NCBI GenBank assembly: GCA_037446635.1
Contig: JBBIIG010000004.1
Span: 76,186 to 140,185, forward strand
Length of the DNA: 64,000 nt
Direction of reading: 5' to 3'
Origin: a bacterium
GTDB lineage: Bacteria > Zhuqueibacterota > Zhuqueibacteria > Oceanimicrobiales > Oceanimicrobiaceae
Positions 11,801-20,539 of the stretch are shown in pieces. Positions within the stretch are counted from its first letter, which is position 1, and each line of letters begins with the position of its first letter. Both the position numbers and the translations under genes were made by a program. A model generated the notes under the pieces. It was not told the DNA's origin, searched no databases, and worked only from the letters and a program-made list of their open reading frames with translations.

Positions 11801-12532
11801 GCCCACCTCGGCGATGAGCCAGCGGCCCCACACCACCAGCGAATCGCCCATCGCACCCAAATTGTGCGGCCCGAAAAACCAGCCGTTGCTCGGCGCGCCA
11901 GGATCGAGAATGTTGTTGATGTGATTGAAATAACAAACGTCTTCGAAAAAGATGCGGTTGTGGTAGGGGTCGCTCAAATTGCAGTGGCCGGAAAGTGAAG
12001 TGGGATGAAAATGCGAGGAGTCCGCCGGCAGCCGTTCGCTGAGCGGCTGGAAGTCGGTGAAGCGCAACTGCCGGCCGTCGCCGTCGTCGCAGTCTTCAAG
12101 CTGCTGCGCCTCGGCGCCGCCGCGATGATTGAGCACCACGTCGGCCATCGCTTTCAGCCCGGCGTTGTGCAGCGCGGCAATCAAGGCATCGAGCTGCGCA
12201 CGGCTGCCGTGGCGGGTGCGGATGGTTCCCTTTTGGTTGAACTCGCCGAGATCAAAATAATCGTAGGTGCCGTAACCCATGTCGTGCACGCCGGCAAAAC
12301 CTTTGGTGGCCGGGGGCGTCCACACGGTTTGAAAACCGGCCCCCGCCAGCTCGCTGGCCGCGGCGGCCAGTGAGTCCCACCACACGCCCTGATTGCTGGT
12401 GATATCACCGGGGTTGGAATTCCAATAAAACCCCTGCAGGATGGCATCGGAATTTTGTGCCAGCCCAACCGCGGGCAGGAACAGCAGCGCAAAAATCAAC
12501 AACGATGATTTCTTGCTAGCGGCGCCTTTCAT
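8897..12532 (-). CDS. Secreted GH13 alpha-amylase with Ig-like, beta-solenoid-like and C-terminal FlgD-Ig/T9SS-type sorting domains
   Basis: Signal peptide; LQGFYW; GH13 regions DVVLNH, RLDAVKH, VGEFFD, FVENHDTD; ASH/choice-of-anchor-D-like segment; C-terminal LEQNYPNPFNPSTTI...WDG...SGVYLYRL. Confidence 0.85.
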   Translation of the reverse strand: MKGAASKKSSLLIFALLFLPAVGLAQNSDAILQGFYWNSNPGDITSNQGVWWDSLAAAASELAGAGFQTVWTPPATKGFAGVHDMGYGTYDYFDLGEFNQKGTIRTRHGSRAQLDALIAALHNAGLKAMADVVLNHRGGAEAQQLEDCDDGDGRQLRFTDFQPLSERLPADSSHFHPTSLSGHCNLSDPYHNRIFFEDVCYFNHINNILDPGAPSNGWFFGPHNLGAMGDSLVVWGRWLIAEVGFDELRLDAVKHIEPGFLAPFLVELANGPQPFAVGEFFDGNLGALKFYHDDVERFVSTFGTGSKDANFAIFDFNLRFALRDLCNNTGGGFDMWNLNFTGLRLNPGGALAGEDIVTFVENHDTDRIGWRVVTCPGGNLQIGNTCLELFTDGGHDPVIFDKHIAYAYIMAAEGRPSVFWKDWYWYHLDEEIKWQMALRSATAVGGTTPVANLNPFSPQGVIGDDLFALRRNGTGTGRDGAMLMLNDDPNNTYEFFLDSPSGWANSEVRDYSDAFLFQSSQVFGDGRALYKSGPRNYAWFAPTGLYPRPPEEPASSFTLGNHVGAKLHYLVLRAGDVNNFTINGAPIQPGDEIAILHTSGSDAVGLGRIGQSFRWDGVHDLIIEVLGGSNSGEAKGGLLNGDPLRLAVFDQSSQTMAEAASVTFAPSGTNFTFSAKRPASRGGSTPFNLTTNNGSGNYSVGGISLITAFEVELPDIGAAPASHDYGNVTVGGSASQTFVVTNEGLADLHVTATTLVGTNASEFSIDSGGGAFTLTPAQSRNIEVSFNPATAGAKTATLRIASDDPDENPLDAALTGNGVEPVDPAVGNTVVFATNSVWLKQGADILSGNVLVNDASPGPVLDSQVELSVGQSVATAAGFDLKAHRIKVKQGATVASDVFYNQLTNNGAITGALNSPLSLPILSALPPFQSAAPGAQDIEVAQDDSISLAAGDYRDIVVRAKGKILFTGGIYNIRSIDSRDNSQLLFAAACELRIADKFDSDLKAYIGPQTGAGVAASDIIFYVAGVNGSSGNLGATPKAAQIGINNTVVANFYVPNGTLWLRQNTDATGAFWGKDVIVGEDVQVTLESFFGSATVSAKNGLGENNSQSEPDEGSLTSAPSDFILEQNYPNPFNPSTTIHFSTPKAGAVALGIYNLKGQLIRVLYSGPVAAGRHSVVWDGADAHGVKVASGVYLYRLDAEGFAATRKLVLTK

Positions 12533-12625
12533 AAATGAACCCTCCGTGTTCTGGTGATTAAATAGGATTGAAAATTGGCTTTTGAAATTTATTTGTAATT
12601 TGATGCTTGTTATTTTGAATTTGCA

Positions 12626-12722
12626 CTAAAGTGCCGTCACCATCTCCGCAATATCCTTCACCGCCACTTCGTCTTCTTTGCCTTTCCTCTTGCGGGCGTC
12701 ATTGAGCATGTTGTGCAGAAGC
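12626..12722 (-). pseudogene. Orphan second copy of the 3' end of the Fe-S oxidoreductase gene
   Basis: Encodes ..MLNDARKRKGKEDEVAVKDIAEMVTAL*, versus MLDDARKMKGKEDEVAVRDIAELVAEAL* at 13195-13290. Confidence 0.85.
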
Positions 12723-12725
12723 TTC

Positions 12726-12944
12726 TCACGCAGAAATCTCGTGTGAAACCACCGGCATTTTGTTGATAATGAGTTGATCCAGTATCAATTTTTTGCTGGC
12801 GTTGTCAATATCGATACCAACCAAATTTCCATCGGCATCGTAGTCTAAAACAACGCCTTCGGAAATTTCTCGACTCTCTGCGCTGACTTTATCAGCAAGG
12901 TCAATGTATAATGAATCGGTTTCGGGATAATATGACAGTTTCAT
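12726..12944 (-). CDS. DUF2283 family antitoxin-like protein
   Basis: MKLSYYPETDSLYIDL...GVVLDYDADGNLVGIDIDNAS. Confidence 0.85.
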   Translation of the reverse strand: MKLSYYPETDSLYIDLADKVSAESREISEGVVLDYDADGNLVGIDIDNASKKLILDQLIINKMPVVSHEISA

Positions 12945-13181
12945 GGCTTAAAACCTTGATCTGGATACATTGTGAATGGTTGTTTTATCTTCAAGTGTTA
13001 CAACTCGAAGATAGCGATTGTCTAATTCTTGAATTTGGCCCCAAAATCTATAACGATTACCCTCCTGCGGTTCCATTCGTATTGACTTTTTTACAACACG
13101 AATACACCATTCCTTTTTAAGATAAGGTCGTTTTCGCAAAACTTCATTTTCAAAATACTGTGTGAATTTGTATTTTGCCAT
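12941..13181 (-). pseudogene. DUF4258/RelE-like toxin partner of DUF2283, frameshifted near the C-terminus
   Basis: ..YLRVVTLEDKTTIHN, then the frame breaks. The shifted frame gives YPDQGFKP*, ending in an ATGA overlap with the DUF2283 start. Confidence 0.6.
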
Positions 13182-13194
13182 TTTTTTCTCAGAG

Positions 13195-15216
13195 CTACAA
13201 CGCCTCCGCCACCAACTCCGCAATATCCCTCACCGCCACTTCATCCTCTTTGCCTTTCATCTTGCGAGCATCGTCCAGCATAATGTTGCAGAAGGGACAG
13301 GCGGTCGCGGCCACCTCCGCACCGGAGGCTTCCACGTCGCCGAAGCGCACGAGGTTGACGCGCTTGTCCGGCTCCTCGTCCATCCACATGATGCCGCCGC
13401 CGGCACCGCAGCACAGTCCTTTGGCGCGATTGCGCTGCATCTCCACAAATTCGCCGGAGGCCACCGAATTCACCACCGACCGCGGGGCGTTGTAAATGCC
13501 GTTGTGGCGGCCGAGATAGCAAGCGTCGTGGTACGTCACTTTTTTGCTGAGATTTTTTTGCGGCTTAATTTTGCCGGACGCAATCAGCTCCGAAATAAAC
13601 TCCGAATGATGCAGCACTTCGAAATTGCCATCGAACTGCTTGTACTCATTTCCCAACGTGTTGAAGCAGTGCGGACAAGTAGTAATAATCTTTTTGAACT
13701 TGTACTTTTTCAGCGTCTCGATGTTGTTCTGCGCCATCATTTGAAATAAGTACTCCTGTCCCAGCCGCCGCGCCGAGTCGCCAGTGCAGCTTTCTTCGAG
13801 ACCGAGAATGGCGAAGTCCACGCCGGCGGTTTGCAGAATTTTCACCAGCGAGCGCGCCACACTTTGATTCTTGGTATCCAAAGCGGCGGCGCATCCCACC
13901 CAATAGAGATACTCCGCTTCCTTCTTTTCGCTCATCACCGGCACATTCAAGCCCTCGCACCACTTCAAGCGATTCTGATGCGGCAGTCCCCACGGATTGC
14001 CGATGTTTTCCATGTTCTCCAAAGTCTTCGCCACTTCGGCGGAAACCTTTCCCTGATCCATTGTCAAGTGGCGGCGCATGTCCTGCAAATCATCCACGTG
14101 CTCGATGAACACCGGACAATTTTCCACGCAGCCGAGACAGGTGGTGCACGCCCAAATCACTTCCTCCGAAATCACCTCGCCGACGAGTTGTTTGCCATTA
14201 GGGGGTTCTTTGCCGGCGACGAGATGCGGCCCGACTTCGTTGAGGTACGCTTTCAAATCGTGAATCAGCATCGCGGGATTGAGCGCTTTGCCGGAATGAT
14301 ACGCCGGACAATTTTCCTGGCAGCGGCCGCACTCGGTGCAGGCGTAGAGATCGAGAAGCTGTGGCCAGGTGAAATCCTGAATTTTGCCGACGCCCAACGA
14401 GACGCCCTCTGCTTCGAAATCCACCTTTTCAAAATCGATCTTTTTGAGCACGCCGCGTTTGCGGTCTTTGGGATTCCGCCGCAACAGAATATTTGGAAAC
14501 GCGCCCAACAAATGCACGTGCTTTGAGTGTGGAATGTAAGCGAGAAAAGTGAGAATGATGAAATTATGAATCCACCACGCCAGGTGATATCCGAACGGCA
14601 GGATTCCGTTGGTGGAAGTTGAAACAAACGTGGCGAACAAATTCGACACCGGCGTGAAGCCCGCCAACTCACCTTCAGTTTTGATGAGATAGCCGTGAGT
14701 GAAGAACATCGAGATCATGAGCGTGAGAATCATGCCGAGGATCAGCGCTGCGTCGAATTTGCCGTGCGCCGAACCACGCAATTTGCTGAGCCGATCCGGA
14801 CGAACGATGAACCCGCGAATCATCGCAATCACGATGGCCACGATCACCGAAAATCCCAGCAGGTCAAACGCCGTTTTCAAAAACGCTTCGATGGGATGAC
14901 CGAGAATTTGTCCCCAATGAAAATGCGGATTGTAGCCGCGCGCGAACATTTCGATGGTAGCGAGTCCCAAAATTAGAAATCCCCAGAAGATGAAAAAGTG
15001 TCCCCAGCCGGACGGCTCGCGCACGACGGACATCTGCCCAAAAAAATCTTTCAGCACGGATTGAATGCGCCAGCCCCAATCGCCGATGGGATCATACGAG
15101 GGTTTGCCGAGGCGGATGAAACGATAGATGCGAAACACGCTGAACAGGAAAAATCCAACCGAGGCGAAGATCAAAATCGTCAACACAATTTGTTGAAGTT
15201 GCATAAGCGAGTCCAT
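13195..15216 (-). CDS. Membrane-bound Fe-S oxidoreductase (FadF/HdrD/ETF:menaquinone oxidoreductase-like)
   Basis: About 5 N-terminal TM helices with His residues; CTECGRCQENCP and CTTCLGCVENCP; two CCG domains (YWVGC..SCTG..TCPHC; YHDAC..CCGAGGG..ACPFC). Confidence 0.9.
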   Translation of the reverse strand: MDSLMQLQQIVLTILIFASVGFFLFSVFRIYRFIRLGKPSYDPIGDWGWRIQSVLKDFFGQMSVVREPSGWGHFFIFWGFLILGLATIEMFARGYNPHFHWGQILGHPIEAFLKTAFDLLGFSVIVAIVIAMIRGFIVRPDRLSKLRGSAHGKFDAALILGMILTLMISMFFTHGYLIKTEGELAGFTPVSNLFATFVSTSTNGILPFGYHLAWWIHNFIILTFLAYIPHSKHVHLLGAFPNILLRRNPKDRKRGVLKKIDFEKVDFEAEGVSLGVGKIQDFTWPQLLDLYACTECGRCQENCPAYHSGKALNPAMLIHDLKAYLNEVGPHLVAGKEPPNGKQLVGEVISEEVIWACTTCLGCVENCPVFIEHVDDLQDMRRHLTMDQGKVSAEVAKTLENMENIGNPWGLPHQNRLKWCEGLNVPVMSEKKEAEYLYWVGCAAALDTKNQSVARSLVKILQTAGVDFAILGLEESCTGDSARRLGQEYLFQMMAQNNIETLKKYKFKKIITTCPHCFNTLGNEYKQFDGNFEVLHHSEFISELIASGKIKPQKNLSKKVTYHDACYLGRHNGIYNAPRSVVNSVASGEFVEMQRNRAKGLCCGAGGGIMWMDEEPDKRVNLVRFGDVEASGAEVAATACPFCNIMLDDARKMKGKEDEVAVRDIAELVAEAL

Positions 15217-15349
15217 TCATTTTGGTTGAATCATAAAACAAAATAGCGCCCGTCTTTATAAAAAAGCCAAGCGCTACAGGTCACCGTTTCTCTTCAGTCT
15301 TTAGAAAGCTTTGGGATAATCTGTTTCGCCAATGTCGCATTTAACTTTG

Positions 15350-16075
15350 TTAGGCGCGATCAAAGGTCTCCTTGATGACCGCGGCCAGATCGGTGAGTAA
15401 CCGATCCGCCTGGCCGATATAGGATGAGCCGTGCATGGTGGCCAATGTCTCTGGCTTGAGTTCGGCCAACGCGCGCAGGACGGTTTCCGTCTGGCGTGTG
15501 TATGGCATGTAGCCGGCCAACGGCCCTTGCTGCATCTGTTGCATCGCTTTCCGCGTCGGCTCGATCAGGTCAGACGTGGTCGTCGGTTCAACATTGCCGA
15601 AGTGATGAAAGAGATCGGAACAGAACAGGGTCTTGCGCGTCTCCTCGAACAGCACCCCCGCGTCCCAGCCGTGTGGAATATGCGGTGACCGGTAAAAGCG
15701 ATAGCGATATTTGCCCGTGCTGAGGACATCATCGGGGCCCATGCCGCGCGCCGGGCGAATGGAAAAATCGTCGACGTTCACGATTTTTCCGACGAGGGTG
15801 CAGACAGGTTGAGCTTGCGGCGCGAGTTGCAGCCAGTCGTTGAGCGCGCCGCATTCATCGGATTCAAAGTGACTCCACGCGATGTGCCGAATTTTGGCGG
15901 GATCAATCAGTTTCGCTACGGCCTCGCGCAAGGCGGGAAACATCCCTCTTAACCCGGTGTGAAACAGCAGCGGCTCTTCGTCGCGCACGAGGAAATGATT
16001 GAACTGCATGTCCAAATCGCGAACGTAAACTGAGATTCGAAAAAGATCCGGGGCGATTTCGTTGATCGCGGTCAT
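15350..16075 (-). CDS. Metallo-beta-lactamase-fold protein (ODP/FprA-like)
   Basis: [25 protein letters not shown]. Start at MTAINEI behind a GGAGG SD. Confidence 0.8.
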   Translation of the reverse strand: MTAINEIAPDLFRISVYVRDLDMQFNHFLVRDEEPLLFHTGLRGMFPALREAVAKLIDPAKIRHIAWSHFESDECGALNDWLQLAPQAQPVCTLVGKIVNVDDFSIRPARGMGPDDVLSTGKYRYRFYRSPHIPHGWDAGVLFEETRKTLFCSDLFHHFGNVEPTTTSDLIEPTRKAMQQMQQGPLAGYMPYTRQTETVLRALAELKPETLATMHGSSYIGQADRLLTDLAAVIKETFDRA

Positions 16076-16083
16076 GCGGGACC

Positions 16084-16137
16084 TCCTAACTTCTTGATTA
16101 AGTTTCTGCGTTTCAATGAGCGACCATTTCTTCAACC
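16084..16137 (-). mobile_element. Degenerate attC-like site upstream of the MBL gene
   Basis: Minus strand GGTTGAAG...CTTAATC-AAGAA-GTTAGGA (L''/L'/R'-like). The gene ends in GCCTAAC (15349-15355), overlapping its stop. Confidence 0.5.
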
Positions 16138-16150
16138 GTGCCCATTCAGA

Positions 16151-17398
16151 TTAACGATCGATGCAACCCAAGACGATATCCAGGCTGCCGATGATGATCA
16201 CCAGATCCGCGATCATCGCGCCGCGGGAAATGTCATCGATGACGCTGATGTTGGAGAAACACGGCGAGCGCCCTTTGACGCGATAGGGCACGTCCGTGCC
16301 GTCGCTGCGGATGAGATAGCCCAATTCGCCGCGCGGGGTTTCGGTGCGCACATAAGCCTCAGCGCCGGCTTCCGGTCGAATGCGCCGCGGGATCGCCGAT
16401 TTTGAATCCTGACGTTTGAACGGCTCGATTAACTCCAACGCCTGCCGAATGATTTTGAGGGACTGATTGATCTCTTCGATGCGTACGAGATAGCGATCGA
16501 GTACGGAGCCAACGGGACCGAATTCGCCTTTGCCGACCGGCACATCGAATTCCAATTTATCATAAAACGAGTACGGCTCGTCTTTGCGGATGTCCCACTT
16601 CACGCCGGAGCCACGCAGTACGGGACCCGTGCAGCCGTAGCTGATGGCCACGTCCGCCGGCAAAACCCCAACGTTCGCCGTGCGCTCAATGAAAATGTGA
16701 TTGGCCGTCAGCAGCTTGTTGAACTCCACCATGCGCGGCTCGAAGTAATCGCAGAACTCGCGAATTTTCTCCAGCCAGCCTTCGGGCATCTCGCGGGCGA
16801 CGCCGCCGACCCAAATGTAATTGTAAAGCATGCGCGCACCGGAAATCCATTCCAACAAATCGAGGATTTTTTCGCGGTCACGGAAGGCCCACAGAAACGG
16901 GGTGAAGGCGCCGACGTCCAATCCAAACGTGCCAATGGCTACGAGGTGGCTCGCGATACGATTCAGCTCACAACAAAGAATGCGCAGGTACTGGACTTTC
17001 TCCGGCAACTCCTTCAGTCCAATTAACTTTTCGACCGCGAGCGCATACGCCATGTCCTGATTCATCGACGCGAGATAATCCATGCGATCGCAGAACGGGA
17101 TGACTTCGTTATAGCCAATATTCTCCGCGTGCTTTTCAAAATTGCGATGGAGATAGCCGATGTGCGGGGTGACTTTCTTCACCACCTCGCCATCGAGCAC
17201 CAGTTCCAGTCGCAGCACGCCGTGAGTGCTGGGATGCTGCGGCCCCATGTTGACCACCATCTCGTCGCCTTTGTAGGACTCGATTTCGAGCTTCTTCATC
17301 GCTTCGTCGTAGTAGCGGCCAGCGCTGTGATCCATATCCACAACGATGGCGCCTTCGTCTTCGAAGAGGTAGCGTTTCTTTTTAAAGATTCCGAGCAT
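16151..17398 (-). CDS. nuoD: NADH-quinone oxidoreductase subunit D (second copy, unfused)
   Basis: NMGPQHPSTHGVLRL, IGYLHR, DRMDY, ETPRGELG, C-terminal DIVLGCIDR. Confidence 0.93.
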   Translation of the reverse strand: MLGIFKKKRYLFEDEGAIVVDMDHSAGRYYDEAMKKLEIESYKGDEMVVNMGPQHPSTHGVLRLELVLDGEVVKKVTPHIGYLHRNFEKHAENIGYNEVIPFCDRMDYLASMNQDMAYALAVEKLIGLKELPEKVQYLRILCCELNRIASHLVAIGTFGLDVGAFTPFLWAFRDREKILDLLEWISGARMLYNYIWVGGVAREMPEGWLEKIREFCDYFEPRMVEFNKLLTANHIFIERTANVGVLPADVAISYGCTGPVLRGSGVKWDIRKDEPYSFYDKLEFDVPVGKGEFGPVGSVLDRYLVRIEEINQSLKIIRQALELIEPFKRQDSKSAIPRRIRPEAGAEAYVRTETPRGELGYLIRSDGTDVPYRVKGRSPCFSNISVIDDISRGAMIADLVIIIGSLDIVLGCIDR

Positions 17399-17478
17399 GT
17401 GGGTTCCTTGTACTATTTGAGGATTGGAATTGCACTATTCTTTTGTGTTCTTACTTAGAGGAGGCACCATCAAACCGG

Positions 17479-17733
17479 TCAAGAGGTTTTGATCTTCAAC
17501 TTCTTTTCAAGATCATCAATGGAAACAGTTGATTTTTCTTTGGACCTTTCCTCTAAAAACTTCATAAACTTATCGCTAGCACCGAGCATGGCTACTTCCT
17601 TTTCAAAAGCATCCGCTTCTTCGAGAATGTACTGATGACCATCGTCCGACAAGATCAGCAGCGATTCTGAGTCAGCCAGCCGCAACAATTCATTTATTTT
17701 GACCTTCCGCTGTCTCAAATCTATCGTTTTCAT
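17479..17733 (-). CDS. Antitoxin (Phd-like) partner of RelE
   Basis: 84-aa ORF overlapping the RelE-type gene; acidic C-terminal half. Confidence 0.6.
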   Translation of the reverse strand: MKTIDLRQRKVKINELLRLADSESLLILSDDGHQYILEEADAFEKEVAMLGASDKFMKFLEERSKEKSTVSIDDLEKKLKIKTS

Positions 17734-18020
17734 AACTCAACTCTTTCTTCTCGAATATAGAGGTCGTTGTGCACCTTCAAACCAACAGCAGTAATTTTTA
17801 CCGAATTCGTTTTCAACTCATAAAAGACTCTATAATCTCCGATCCTTAATTCCCAAGGAGCTAACGGATTTGGTCTTAGTTTCTTCTTTCTTTTGGACTC
17901 GCTAGCCGCATCGTCGGACAGATATTGTCGAATTCCACTTAGAATGATCTTCTGTTCACGCTTCTTGAAATAGTCAATGTCTTTTTCTGCGCTGGAAGTA
18001 AACTCAGTCCGAAATGTCAT
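17730..18020 (-). CDS. RelE/ParE family toxin
   Basis: EFTSSAEKDI...WELRIGDYRVFYE...ITAVG. Confidence 0.85.
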   Translation of the reverse strand: MTFRTEFTSSAEKDIDYFKKREQKIILSGIRQYLSDDAASESKRKKKLRPNPLAPWELRIGDYRVFYELKTNSVKITAVGLKVHNDLYIREERVEL

Positions 18021-18046
18021 TTATTCGAGCCACCCATATTAAGGAC

Positions 18047-18634
18047 CTATTTACTGGCCACAATCTCCCTCTCTCTAACCGGCCGCGGCTTCTCCCCTGC
18101 CGCCTTTTTCGCCGCCAACGCCGCCTCTTTGGCTATCGCTTTTTCCATTTCCTCTTTTTGATCGCGATGCAGCAGCGCCTTGGCTTCGGCCACTGTATAT
18201 TTCGCAAAATGATAAATGCCGTTCTCGCGGCTGAACACCGCGTTCTCGTATTCGTCCGTCATGTACAGACACTCGGTCGGACAGACGGTCGTGCAGAAAT
18301 CGCAATAGCAGCATTTGAACATGTCAATGTCAAAGCGCACCACGTGCTGGCGAATGGGATTGCCCATCGAGGCCTTGCCCAAGTCTTCTTCCGGCAGCGC
18401 CTTCACCGTGTCGATGTAAATGCACTGCACCGGACAAATGCGCGCGCATTTATAGCAGCCGATACAATCGTCGATGTTGTTGAACAAGATGCCGCGGGCG
18501 TTGGCCGGCAATTGCCATTTTTCGTCCGGGTATTGCAACGTGATGGCGGGGCGAAACATGACTTTCCAAGTTTGCGCCATGCCGATGAGAATGGTAACGA
18601 TGCCGCGATAAATGTTTTTGAAGTACGTTCCCAT
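18047..18634 (-). CDS. nuoI: NADH-quinone oxidoreductase subunit I (second copy)
   Basis: ITLQYP, CIGCYKCARICP, CCYCDFCTTVCP. Start MGTYFK. Confidence 0.88.
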   Translation of the reverse strand: MGTYFKNIYRGIVTILIGMAQTWKVMFRPAITLQYPDEKWQLPANARGILFNNIDDCIGCYKCARICPVQCIYIDTVKALPEEDLGKASMGNPIRQHVVRFDIDMFKCCYCDFCTTVCPTECLYMTDEYENAVFSRENGIYHFAKYTVAEAKALLHRDQKEEMEKAIAKEAALAAKKAAGEKPRPVREREIVASK

Positions 18635-18636
18635 GA

Positions 18637-19257
18637 TTATTCCTTCGCTTTGTGATCTCCGTTCTTTTTGCCGTCGCCGCCGGGTTCTACTAAGTGTGGA
18701 ACTTTGCTTTCGAATTGAAAGACGAAGTGGCCGCGCTCGGGATTGCGAGCAAACGTCTCGTATTTCGCCCAGTCCTCTTGATACGGCACGCGGATGCCGT
18801 GATAATATTCCTGCACGACATAATCTTTGCGCAGCGGATATCCCTCCCAATCATCCGGACAAAGAATGCGCCGCAAATCACGATGGCCTTCGAAGACGAT
18901 ACCGAACAGATCATACGCCTCGCGCTCGTGCCAATCCGCGGTGCGCCAGATCTGCTCCACCGACGGCACTTTCGGGTTTTCCCGCGGTACGTTCACGCGA
19001 ATCGTGATTTTGTGGCGATGGGTCATCGAATGCAGATTATACACCACGCCCAACTCCGAATCCGCGCCGTAGTCCATGCCGCTGAGGCACATGAGAGAAT
19101 CGAATTTGAGATCGGGATCGTCTTTCAAAAATTTCGAGACCTCGGCTGTGGCTTCCGGCTTGATGCGAATCCACGGATCGAGCGCCTCGAAATTGGATTC
19201 GAGGATGGCGTCGCCAAATTTGCTTTGCAGCTTCTGATGGATTTCCTGCGGGGTCAT
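18637..19257 (-). CDS. nuoC: NADH-quinone oxidoreductase subunit C (second copy)
   Basis: [37 protein letters not shown]. Confidence 0.92.
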   Translation of the reverse strand: MTPQEIHQKLQSKFGDAILESNFEALDPWIRIKPEATAEVSKFLKDDPDLKFDSLMCLSGMDYGADSELGVVYNLHSMTHRHKITIRVNVPRENPKVPSVEQIWRTADWHEREAYDLFGIVFEGHRDLRRILCPDDWEGYPLRKDYVVQEYYHGIRVPYQEDWAKYETFARNPERGHFVFQFESKVPHLVEPGGDGKKNGDHKAKE

Positions 19258-19802
19258 ACGTTCGCCCTCTCCTGAAATTTCCGCTTAATCATACTCTCTT
19301 TGCGAATCTTTTCCTGAATTTTCAAAACGCCGTCGATGAGTGCTTCCGGACGCGGCGGGCAGCCGGTCACGTAAACATCGACCGGGACAATCAAATCGAC
19401 GCCTTTCAAAACGTGATAGCCGTGCTGCCAGTACGGTCCGCCGCAGGTGGCGCAGCTACCCATCGAGAGGACGTATTTCGGCTCCGGCATTTGATCGTAC
19501 AGCCGCTTGATGCGCTCCGCCATTTTGATGGTGACGGTACCGGCGACGATCATCAAATCTGTTTGCCGCGGACTCGGCCGCATCACGCCGGCGCCGAAGC
19601 GATCGAGATCATAGCGCGAGGCGGCGGTGGCCATCATCTCGATGGCGCAGCACGCGAGTCCGAAGGTCATCGGCCACAGCGATGACAGCCGCGCCCAGCT
19701 CAGCACGCGATCAACGGAGGTGATGAGCACGTTGTCGCCGTACTGGCCTTCTTCGAGAAAGCGCTTTTCTTTTGAAATGAGTGGCGGGTTGAATTTTGAC
19801 AT
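19254..19802 (-). CDS. nuoB: NADH-quinone oxidoreductase subunit B (second copy)
   Basis: [30 protein letters not shown]. Confidence 0.95.
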   Translation of the reverse strand: MSKFNPPLISKEKRFLEEGQYGDNVLITSVDRVLSWARLSSLWPMTFGLACCAIEMMATAASRYDLDRFGAGVMRPSPRQTDLMIVAGTVTIKMAERIKRLYDQMPEPKYVLSMGSCATCGGPYWQHGYHVLKGVDLIVPVDVYVTGCPPRPEALIDGVLKIQEKIRKESMIKRKFQERANV

Positions 19803-19838
19803 GAGCAGCTCCTCATCGGTCTATTGTAAGTTGCTACC

Positions 19839-19866
19839 AATATAAACAAAAATGCTGTAAAATCAA
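19839..19866 (-). promoter_or_regulatory. Candidate sigma70 promoter for the second nuoBCID set
   Basis: TTGATT-16 nt-TATATT upstream of the GAGGAG SD of nuoB2. Confidence 0.55.
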
Positions 19867-19882
19867 GGTAGGTCTTAGCCTT

Positions 19883-20263
19883 TCAATTCCAAATCACGGA
19901 AATCCCTTTAACTTTTTTGAATTCGGTTTCACTTGAAATTATGGGAACTTCCAACCACTTCGCTGTCGAAATAATTAACCGATCATGCAACTCTCTGAAT
20001 GGGGTTTTCTCGGCCACTTTCAAAATATCGGATGTCAAGTCAACGACCGAATACAGCGACGAAGCTCTAATTCTCTCTAACGTGCCACCCAAATCGATTT
20101 GGATTCGATGCTTTTCTGAAAGATACAGGATCTCCATTAGGCTGACCACAGAGATGAAGAAGTGATTGTCTAATCCTCGCAGTAACTTGCCAGCGGTTTT
20201 TCCAATGCGGCCAACTTTGGTAAAATAACGAACGAGTGTTACTGTGTCCAGTAAATAGCTCAC
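19883..20263 (-). CDS. VapC/PIN toxin
   Basis: YLLDT, SLME, HDRLII; PIN acidic residues. Confidence 0.85.
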   Translation of the reverse strand: MSYLLDTVTLVRYFTKVGRIGKTAGKLLRGLDNHFFISVVSLMEILYLSEKHRIQIDLGGTLERIRASSLYSVVDLTSDILKVAEKTPFRELHDRLIISTAKWLEVPIISSETEFKKVKGISVIWN

Positions 20264-20514
20264 TTTGAAAATTTCCTTTTCAAAATGGCATCTGTGAGTT
20301 CCTTCCGAATTGATTTGATTTCTGATTCGAGATCTACAATTTTTTCAAAACCTTTGTTTTTCCAAATTCCTTCTAAACGAATTGGACTGGGGGGAACAAT
20401 TTTTGACTGCGATAGCAGCCTCTGTAAGAAAGCATCTACTTCTGCAAGTTTTTTTTCGGGAAGTTGAGCAATCTTTTCTATGAGTTCAACCTTTTTCATC
20501 GTTACTGATTCCAT
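20260..20514 (-). CDS. VapB-like antitoxin (DUF2281-like)
   Basis: IAQLPEKKLAEVDAFL..LEGIW; overlaps the PIN gene. Confidence 0.7.
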   Translation of the reverse strand: MESVTMKKVELIEKIAQLPEKKLAEVDAFLQRLLSQSKIVPPSPIRLEGIWKNKGFEKIVDLESEIKSIRKELTDAILKRKFSK

Positions 20515-20539
20515 AAGGCTCCCTTTTCTGGTTAAGAAA

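Noticed and set aside
17400..17478. Displaced duplicate of the nuoI2 3' end (GASSK* vs IVASK*)
   Set aside because: The similarity is too short to distinguish from chance.
16151..19802. Second nuoBCID set as a group 4 [NiFe]-hydrogenase
   Set aside because: The large subunit lacks both CxxC pairs, NuoB2 has the complex I tandem CC, and no maturation genes are present.
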